Source of the DNA: Orbicella franksi
Taxonomy: Eukaryota
Length of the DNA stretch: 64,000 nt
Assembly (NCBI GenBank): GCA_964199315.1
Contig: OZ116709.1
Coordinates: 22,940,001-23,004,000, forward strand
Direction: 5' to 3'
The notes beneath the pieces were generated by a model. That model had not been told where the DNA came from. It ran no database searches and saw nothing but the letters and a program-made list of their open reading frames with translations. A program made the position numbers and the translations under genes. This document shows positions 48,667 through 64,000 of this stretch, piece after piece. Numbering within the stretch: the first letter of the stretch is position 1; each line of letters begins with the position of its first letter.

Positions 48667-51592
48667 GGTCGACGGCCCCTGACAATTACAGGTTTCAAGG
48701 GCAAACGGATTTTCCACTGTTGTGTCATCCGTCAGCGTTTGTGAGAAACTTGAATGACAGTCACATTTCTCACGGCATTTTGTATACTGGATAATCAACA
48801 TGGAAGCGACCTTCTCATTAAAATAACAATTTATATTACGTTTTCAAAATTCATGCTCTTATATTTCTCTGTTCATGATGCAGTGAGTACGAGAGTTGTC
48901 GGCTACGTTTTGAAGAGGGCAGGCTTTTAGACAGAAATAGGTCCTTTACACAGTTATACATCACACAGATAATTACTATCGTAAGTTGTAATACACCGAA
49001 AGGTACTATCAGTTGTCTAAGTCGCTGTCCGTAATTTTTGCAGTTGTCAACAAAAAGGACTCACCGGTGATGGCAAGACCGCGAAACTTTCCAAACGGCA
49101 AGCACTCAAGCGCTCCAAAATCTCGATGTTTTCGTGCCACTGTCATGCAATAAATTTTAACAGAGATCAACACAACAATTTCTCTAGGCGAAGTTCACAA
49201 AAGTAATGTTTTTCAAGGCAGAAGTACACTATGCAAAATTGCGTGAATAAACTCATTCGTTTGCTGCATTGTTTACATACATAATAAGCTTTTCACGCTC
49301 ACACTTGACAGATTCGATGACAGATCTCCGGTTGTCATGAAAGCGAGTCGAACATGCAAGTCAAAATAAATTAATACACGATTTTTACAAAGAACCTACT
49401 ATTACGTTTTTGTTGTAAATCGGGCTTGCAAAACGTCAACCTCTTTGTACTTCAGCGAGTAAATAATTTCTTCTTCTCCTCGCCAGAGTCCTTACACAAA
49501 AGGTATTGACCAAGATTTAAATTCTCCAAAGGAATTAAAGAACATATATCTAAAGAGCTAAGGGGAGCTTCTATGTTGATATTGAGTCTATAATAAGTGA
49601 AATGATTAGGGTGCAACATAGAGAACCGGCTGTACAGGTCGCGCTTTCCCATGGTTTGAATATCTATGTAAAACTTGAATTAACATACCAAGACAACCTT
49701 TAAACTTTTGTTAAGGTGTGAATGGTCAAAGTCTACTCCAAAGGCCAAGGCATATTGGTCAACGTTATCCCTAATCAGATCGCGAAAAGTACTTTAAAAT
49801 TCACATATACATACGTTTTGATTTCAGCGGTAAAGATTCTCATTTTAAAGGGACCCAGTTAATGTCCTCAACATAGAATTTCTGCAAAATTACCGCGAGA
49901 AACGGCTTTCACTAAGATCCGTCTGCTAAGGTTTGCGTCAAAGTAAAATGGGGCACTTGACATTTTCGATTAACTAATCTAAATTATTTTTCGCAAAAAT
50001 ATCACACAGGGTATAAGGCATTTCTTTACCAGCAAAATGGGAGCGTTTTTGTCAATTGGAAGTTTTTCCCTTCATGTTTGGCGGACAAGTTCAGTGACTG
50101 TTCCACGAGAGCGAACTGAAAACGTAGAGCTTTAACAAGACCTCGCGAAATTTTATCGCATCTCATTTGTCAGATAAAACAGTATAAACTTTCGTGATCA
50201 TTTATATTAACCTGTTCTGTCCACATTGGGGTATATTAGCCTCCTTGTTTGCAAGTGTATAAACCTTGCCTTCAGCTCGATCGTGGCTTTGTAAAAAAAA
50301 AAAAAACTTAATTGATATTTCCCCAATACAAACCTCACGCCAGTTCAATCACATCAGTGTCGCATTCCCCTTATGAGTTCAGAACAAATTTATGCCGACT
50401 GGTCAACTTGAATATTTTACGGCCATGACTACGGGCACAATTCGTCCTCGATAAACTAAAGCGAACAAGCAGCATTTAGTAATTACGATTACTTATAAAA
50501 AGGTTGAAGTTTTTTATAATAGCAAACAACACAGTGGCCGAAGGCCAGCTGAAGAAACGACCGATATTCATCTCTGAAAAATAGGGCAAAGTGGTTCTTT
50601 CTCACTGTCGTTACGTTACTGCAACTGATTTCAGTTTTGCCTTTTTTTTAATTTCATTTAGCCGTGCGCCGATTTATTTGAGAAATTTTTGAGAGTAAGT
50701 CATTCCATTTGAGTGTTGTTCGTTTGTCGACGTTTTGGTTTTATTGACTTTACAGCTTATATTTGTGTACTTATACTATCTGTTCGGTTCGAATAATTAC
50801 AGAAACTCATAACGTTTATACCTAAAAACAAGCATGCACTACGCATCAAAAAGTCGGATTTGAAATTCGCTACGTTGAATGACAAAAAAAGATTGCGGTC
50901 GGCTTTGGCAAATATTCTTACCTTCCTTATACACTGTACTGCGAGGGTGGTCTTACTTTATTCTGCCGAATCTATTCCCCAGGAGTAAACTGGATTCCAT
51001 CCGCGCTTTGTGACTTCAAAGATTGTGTCTCTTTTCGTAATGAGTGCTATAAACGTTTGGGTTTGTTTAGAGGCGGCGAGGGGAGGTCTTTGCTTCCTGT
51101 TTCTGTTGCTAGTTGTAGCTAGAGAGCTTGGGAGCGAGACAAAACAAAAATGGAGGTTTAGCAGGGAAATGCAGGGGAACCAACAGTGATGTTAGAGAAA
51201 CCTCGTTCTCCGTTGCATGTAACGAACTTTGATTTTAAGAATTACCTGTAGCACAAGTTAATCAGGTTTATGGATGGCCAGCGCACAGGTTTTGACGGTG
51301 CTTAAAGTTGTTGGCAGCGAACGGTAGCAAATAGATCATCCGTTGATTGGCCTTGATAGCTCGTTAATACTGAATCGATGGTGAAAACAGATTTTGTCCG
51401 TTCCTATCTCATCCTCCCTCTTAATTTATCGTCGTCAACTCAAACACGAACAGAGTACACAATTCGTGGTTTACTCCTTGCAAACAATAATTCAAAATTG
51501 CGGTTAAATGGGATAGCGCAATTAGGGTTTTTAAATCCGTTACTTGAGTCATGCAAAGGTTCTTTCCACTCGGCGTTGCGTTACGACCCAAA

Positions 51593-57867
<6,275 letters not shown>

Positions 57868-59216
57868 TGCTTGTACCAACAAGATATGGCTAGGATTGCA
57901 ACGGTGTTCGTGTAGCAGATGGTTTCGATCAGCAAGCGAATTGCAGTTAAAACTCAACTGAGGACATTTAACTTCATAGATGCGGAGACGAGAATTGCTG
58001 AGTCGTTTAGGTGTGGGTGATGATTATGGAATCGCGTTTTACTTGGTTGGTTTGAAGTTTTAGGTACTCAATTGCAGTTTGATTTGCACCAGATCTGGCT
58101 CGCTGCCGAGTCTTCAGCCAGACTAGTTTGAAACGACAGTATGGGGCCTTGCTCACGTCGATTTTGTACCAAATTGCATATAAACGGGTGGAAAGGCAAA
58201 AAGGATTGTATTTCATTCTTTTCAAGTAGTGGCAAAAACGACTATTGTTGAAGATACAACTTCACATAGGGTTCAATTATTGCAGCGTTGGAAAAAAAAA
58301 ACCTTACACGTCCAGCAAAAATCAAAGTAATAACTAACCAGTCACAGCGCCCCTAAAAACCGCAGGGAACCAATCAGAGTTCGCAGTAAACCTTGCACTC
58401 GGTGCCAAGCGCGGGAAACTGTTGAAATCCTGTTTACAGTTAGCTTTAGTTTTGCACATGATTGGCTGAAAAGAAAAACATGTTCGTTCTGATAGGATAA
58501 GCCAGGTTACACGAGCATTGAGTTGTGAACCAGTAGCAAAGCTTGGCAAGCGGAATAAAAAGCCAAAGCAAGAGATTACATTCGATCGTAAACCAAAAAA
58601 CTCTGCTGTAGTGCACAAAAAAATTAGCGTCCGTTGGTAACGTTTCACATCACTCGAACTGCCGATCATTTTACAACTTAGTTATTTAGGAGTCGAATAC
58701 GTACGAAGGGCAATTCAGAGAGAGATTGTTAACACCGCCATACAGAGGTTAGTTTTAAGATTCATGCAGATTTTCTTGTTTTATTTTACTTCAGTGTGTT
58801 AAGAGAACAGGTGATCTGGAGAGGCTATCTCAAGTAACACGCACACTATTTTCATACGTGTTTAAACTACTAATAAAATCTCACACTTAACTGTTACGCT
58901 GTGTTTGGGTGACTCGCACTTGAAAATGTTGCTAGTTGTGTCATGCAACAGCAAAAATTCCAGGACGGGAGCAAAGAGTTTAGAAAGTCAACAACAGACA
59001 ATCCAAAAACGAAATTTTCTGAAACGGGAACGGTTATTCGACTGTCCGCAAAGAATTTCGCAATTTTGAGTATATCTCGCCGGGCTGACCTTTTTTTTTT
59101 GAAAAACATCTTTGTAATCCGGTACAGCACACAAGAAAATACACTTTCAAAGGCCACCAGAAATTTACAAAAATTTGGTCCAATGGAAAGCGTCACATCG
59201 CCCACAACTGGCATTG

Positions 59217-59455
59217 AGGACCGTTTGAATTTTGATGGAGGTGTGGGTGATTTGGTACAGCAACAAATGTTATTTTTGTAGTTCTTTCATGCTCTAGGAA
59301 TTTTTTTTCTCGGGAGGTGTGTGTGCATGATATGTTTTCTTCGTGAACATGCTTTTACGGCGTGAATTTTTTTGATACAAGTATGCTTGTAGAATATTAT
59401 TTTTCATAATCACTCCCTCCCCACCCCTTCAAAAGTCAAACGGTCCACCCCTTAG
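59217..59455. mobile_element. MITE remnant with GGACCGTTTGA subterminal inverted repeats
   Basis: ggaccgtttgaattttga ... tcaaaagtcaaacggtcc. Confidence 0.5.
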
Positions 59456-60200
59456 TCCCCAGAACCCGTGTCCTGAGTGAACAGATGTTACGTTTCAAAC
59501 ACTCGATCCATTCCCCCAAAAGAGGTACACCGCCGAGAGAGGCATCAGCAATACAAATTTAAAAGTTAATTCAGGACATTCACTGAAAGTTGCTAAGTGG
59601 AAAAAAATTGATGAAATAAGAAGGTTTGCTATAGTTTGTTCAAGTAAAAGTCAAGTGCTTCTAAGAAATATGGTGTACATTCTACAAAAAAAAAACAAAA
59701 ACAAAAAAAACAAAAATGAAGAATGAGTTAGGCAGATCAACTTCTGGGTGTGTGACGGCTAACGCATAGCGCTCATGTAGAGCTGCTTAGAGCTATACAA
59801 ATATTTCTAGCTCTCCAAGCCTTATTTGCTTCCATATGCGATGTCATCTGTTCTTTGCTCTAAAATGTATATTTTTTTTTAAACCCCACTACTCGTGTGA
59901 TCGTTGACTGCTTCAAAAGTGTCCACTCTCCTGCATGTCTTAGCTAGAGAAGTGGCCGTCTAGTCTTGAGGGGAATTAAATAACGCTACGAAAAACCTGA
60001 AATGACGGATGAATGACTAGCCTGCCAATACAGCCGCCTCGCTTCGCCCACCGCCCAGGGTCGTTGCGCGAGAGAGAATTCGTCTCTCTCTAATGAATGG
60101 TGGGCAGGTTTTCGTTTTAGAAACTGTCAGAGGAAAGGTAGAAAAATAACAAGTAATAAAAAGGGACGTTTCGATATAATAATATGCTTGGATTCCACTA

Positions 60201-60825
60201 CAGTCGAACCTGTTTATAAACGGTCCTGTATGAAGCGGACACCCTCTATTAAGCGGCTAGTTTTCAAAGTCCCGATTTTTCGCTTATACAAACGCTGTAT
60301 CTGTTACTTGTATTAGGCGGCCACCTCTATTAAGCAGCTGCCGCGGTCACCTTGTAGCAGTCCTTTGTTTCTCTTTACTTGTTATTTTACTTGTATTAAG
60401 CGGACACCCTGAACGTAACAACTATGAAATGACGGAATGAGATATTTTGTTGTGAACTGAAAGTCGTAGAAATACAGTACTGCTTAACAAATAACACTTA
60501 ATGAATGAATAATAACACTTTATTTTACGAGGGTAACATTGATTACTGATGACTCAGTAGTAAAGGACAGTTTAGTGCACTGTACTTTTACACCATGTTA
60601 CGTATATTATGTTGTTAAGTTGCAAGTTGGCACTGAACTTTGTTTAAAAAATTAATCGCTTGAAAGAGTGCTGATTGTCCTATTGTTTCCTTGCAAGAAG
60701 TGTTTTTGTAGATACGCCATTAAAATTGACATTAGGCCATGCCCAGTGAGTATTTTTAGTGATCCTGTATTAAGCGGCCAGTTCCTTAAGTCCCAAGGGT
60801 GGCCGTTCATATACAGGTTCGACTG
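60201..60825. mobile_element. Non-autonomous Tc1/mariner-pogo-like element (CAGTCGAACCTG termini)
   Basis: ta|cagtcgaacctg ... caggttcgactg; internal tattaagcgg repeats. A right-end fragment (ggttcgactgta) lies at ~42338-42349. Confidence 0.75.
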
Positions 60826-63439
60826 TGCTGATAGTTGATTTTGTGTGTGTTTCTATATTAAAGGCCAAGATGCAATATTTTCTGGTCCAATGGACTATTA
60901 AAAATAGGACTAAAATAACTAAGGCGAGCTGCCCGGCACTGTGAAATTTATGAAAGTTCACCAATAGCTTTTTTCCTTTTGAAAACTATTCTTTTCAAAT
61001 AAGAATAAGAAGCTGCCGAGTTTATAATTATCAGCGAATGAGACATTATTTAACTGTACGAGTGACGTCAGACATTCCAGTTCAGTGGAGCAAATTGTTT
61101 TGACGTGGGAGTTTATTGAGAGAAAATCGCTTTTCAGGCTGGCGTATTTTGCCCGTTATTATCCTTGAAAGCAATCTGCTCTGCAAGTTTGTAAACGTCA
61201 AGACTGACTGCTAGGGCACATCTTAGAAATAACTACGACATGGGTCTTTGTGTGAAGTACACTCTATTCACACTTTCGTTTTTGATTTTGGTAAGTATAA
61301 AGTTTGCCAAAGTGTTTCAACTCGTTTAGTTGTAATCATGCCTTGTGACAGTGCAGAGTTGCTAAAAGAAAACTGCATCAGGCATTCTTTTAACATCAGG
61401 GATAGCTTCAATGTTGACACAAGATTATTTAAACTGTTTGGCAGATCAGAGTGATTTGGAGAACACATCAATTAATTGGGCAAAATGCAATTAAGGTTCG
61501 AACACAAACTTTCCAAGTCTGTTTATACTTTTCGATGGCGGCTATCAAATAACCATGAAATTAAAATTGCAGACGCTTTCTTTTCTTTAAACTGTAATGC
61601 GCATGTAATCAGTTGCACGTGAATTCAGGGCGTTCGGCTGATGGATATGGTACAAATAGTTGAAAACAATTTCTTTTAAGTTCTGTCGAATACATAAACG
61701 CTAGCGCATATGAACATGTTTGAAAAGCTTCAAGACTGAGTAACTTAATTGCATTTGCTTCAAGAAACAATGTCCACCCTTTGAAAGCTTTCATTCAGTC
61801 TCGAAAAACTGACCCCCTGACCTGGTTTGCATTACAAAACATTCGATCAAGCGTATAACTTTGGCAGCCCTAAAGCACGCAGTTTTGCGTATGTTTCCGG
61901 AATTGAATATAAATTTGTCGTTGTCATGATTACAAAAGGACTGGTTTCACGAGAATTGTCAACGTTATGAAGGGGCTAGACATTCTGCACCGTACAAAGC
62001 CTTTGTGTAGTTTAAATTTGAGTTGGTAGACGTCCTCAGTGACTACCAAACCATCATGGTTCATATGGATAAATGCTCGGTCTTTGTTCGATGGAGTATC
62101 TTCATGTTGAACTGTTTGGTCTGGGTAAGCGATACGATATGGATTCTTTTATATAGTGTCAGAGATTTGTACAAACCGAGGACCCAAAAAGGCGCGCGTA
62201 ATGTCGGTTTTCGCGCAATTTTTTGCTCGCGGGTGTTCGTGTCTACTATGTCTGTTAGTGAAAGCACGCACGTGAAATGAACTGGAACAACGGGCAAATG
62301 AACGTGATAAAGTTCGATTAAACTTTAAGCGCCCTGTATCTTGACAGACAACTCAATACTGTACAAATCTGCAGTGGATGGTTTTGTTTTCGTACCAAAA
62401 CCATGAGAAATTCTGTACTTGATCTTGCTGATAACAAAGGAAGCAATTAACATCGCGTGCTCCGCGTTGTCTTTAAAATTATATGATCCGGCGTTGCCAG
62501 TTATATCACGCACTTATTACAAATGCCAATATTTTCATACCCAGCATGTTTCGCACAAATAGTTTAATTTGAACGACTTAGCGGGATTGCTGTATTAAGA
62601 ACCGCAGTTTGTTAAGAGATCGGCATGTGGACGTCATGTTTGAAAGTTTGTTCTCGCAATACCGAAGACCTAAGAGGACTCCAACAAAACTGTCGCTGTC
62701 ATTTCACCTTCGCATTCAAAATTTGTGGACTCGGCATTTCAGCCATTGTCGGATTATACCGACTTTTGTATTAAAAAAAGGACTGAACCGATTTAAGTTC
62801 TTAATGAAACATTTTTGAGATGTTTTTAACCCATGATATGGCCGCATGACGCTTCCTTGTCACCTGCTTATTGCCGCTTTTATTCAGTTTCGCTGGGTCT
62901 TACGGACAAGCCTTCGGTTCATACTAAAACCGTTTCTTTATGTTTAATTTCGTATATTAGTCAACAGGGGTGGTGCCTTGATAATTTCATTGCGGTCATA
63001 AAACATCATTAGCTAGAAACGATGACCTTGACAGCTTCATTGTTATTGCAATGGAATCAAAGGTTTGCAATTTGTCTGGAACAACACTGTTGGTCTATCG
63101 TCACCTTACTTCAGTAAAAACGTATCTGACAGCTCAAAACAAGTGCTGAGAGAAGCAAGTCTTCCGAAAACCGTTATCGAATCTCCGCCATTTTCAGGCA
63201 ATACGCGAAGGTAAAAAAAATCGATATAACTCAGGGTTATAATGATAAAGGAGCGTGGAACTCCATCTTGTATGTCAAACGTTTATTCACAGTGAACAGC
63301 TGTCTAAAGCTTAAATGGGCAAGTCCTGTCAAACTCGCAGACAACCAAACAATAGTTCTTTTTGATCGCGCACTGATTAAAATCTAAGGAACGATTCTTT
63401 TCGCGGGTGAATGGAAACTCCACTCAAAATATGCTGGGT

Positions 63440-63929
63440 ACCCAGGGTTATGGCTATTTAGAAATTCGAGGTCAAAAACTTAAGGCTGAGATGGTCTGTA
63501 AGTCCTTAAATGGCCTCGCACCCAATTATTTCTCCTTGAAATTTATTCAGCGAAGTGATGTGATAACGTCTTATAATTTGCGCAATTCTGATAATAAACT
63601 TGCTATTCCCTTGCCACGTACTAACCATTACAAAAATAGCTTTGGCTATAGTGGTGCAGTCATCTGGAACAGTCTACCCTCAGCTGCTAGGCAAGCAGCA
63701 TCTCTGACTAATTTCCGACGATTGTTAATTAATCCCGACACGACACTCATGTAAAACAGGCTTTAATTTAGTTTACTTTTCTCTAATAGTTAGCAATATT
63801 TTAAATTATAGAAGATTAATCTGTATACATAGTCTTTCGTAATAAATTGTAGCTTTTATATTAAATTGTTAATGCCTGATGTATTTACCGTGTTTTTAAA
63901 TAAAGATGACGATGATGATAATGACCCCT
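63440..63929 (+). mobile_element. 5'-truncated LINE (CR1/L2 group) 3' end: ORF2 C-terminus, 3' UTR, (GAT)n tail
   Basis: KAEMVCKSLNGLAPNY...YNLRNSDNKLAIPLPRTNHYKNSFGYSGAVIWNSLPSAARQAASLTNFRRLL is the typical post-RT C-terminal segment of CR1/L2-type ORF2; followed by aataaa and gatgacgatgatgataatgac. Confidence 0.85.
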
Positions 63930-64000
63930 CCCTCCCCCCCCCCCCGGGAAAATTTTGGCTCGTTTTTCTTGCCTCACGTGCTGGAAAAGGATGCATACTC

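Noticed and set aside
58894-59281. Overlapping 106/112-aa ORFs downstream of KAT8
   Set aside because: No domain recognised; the region is flanked by and partly made of repeat remnants.

Overview
Eukaryotic, intron-rich, AT-rich animal DNA. The gene set and the dense short inverted-repeat elements suggest an anthozoan, probably a stony coral (inference). Six spliced protein-coding genes can be reconstructed with consistent reading frames and splice phases: an RZ-type RGS protein (+), TFIIS/TCEA (-, with a U12-type minor intron), an unannotated-looking 751-aa TIR-SAM-TIR-TIR protein (+, head-to-head with TFIIS), two convergent MCT8/MCT10-like SLC16 transporters (one with a ~1300-aa disordered C-terminal tail from a single 4-kb exon), and KAT8/MOF (+). 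Intergenic and intronic DNA holds many MITE-like elements, a tRNA-derived SINE, a 3' LINE fragment and micro/minisatellites. No rRNA, convincing tRNA or CRISPR array was seen. Best leads: (1) the triple-TIR/SAM protein with an E/E/D pattern at the putative catalytic sites, a possible self-assembling NADase-type immune protein; (2) the giant-tailed MCT with a repeated LPPPP-x-HRKR-ADP motif and Tyr motifs, a possible transceptor; (3) a recent tandem duplication of an apparent 5'-UTR intron directly before the TIR gene ATG. Gene models and domain calls were made by eye; no searches were run.
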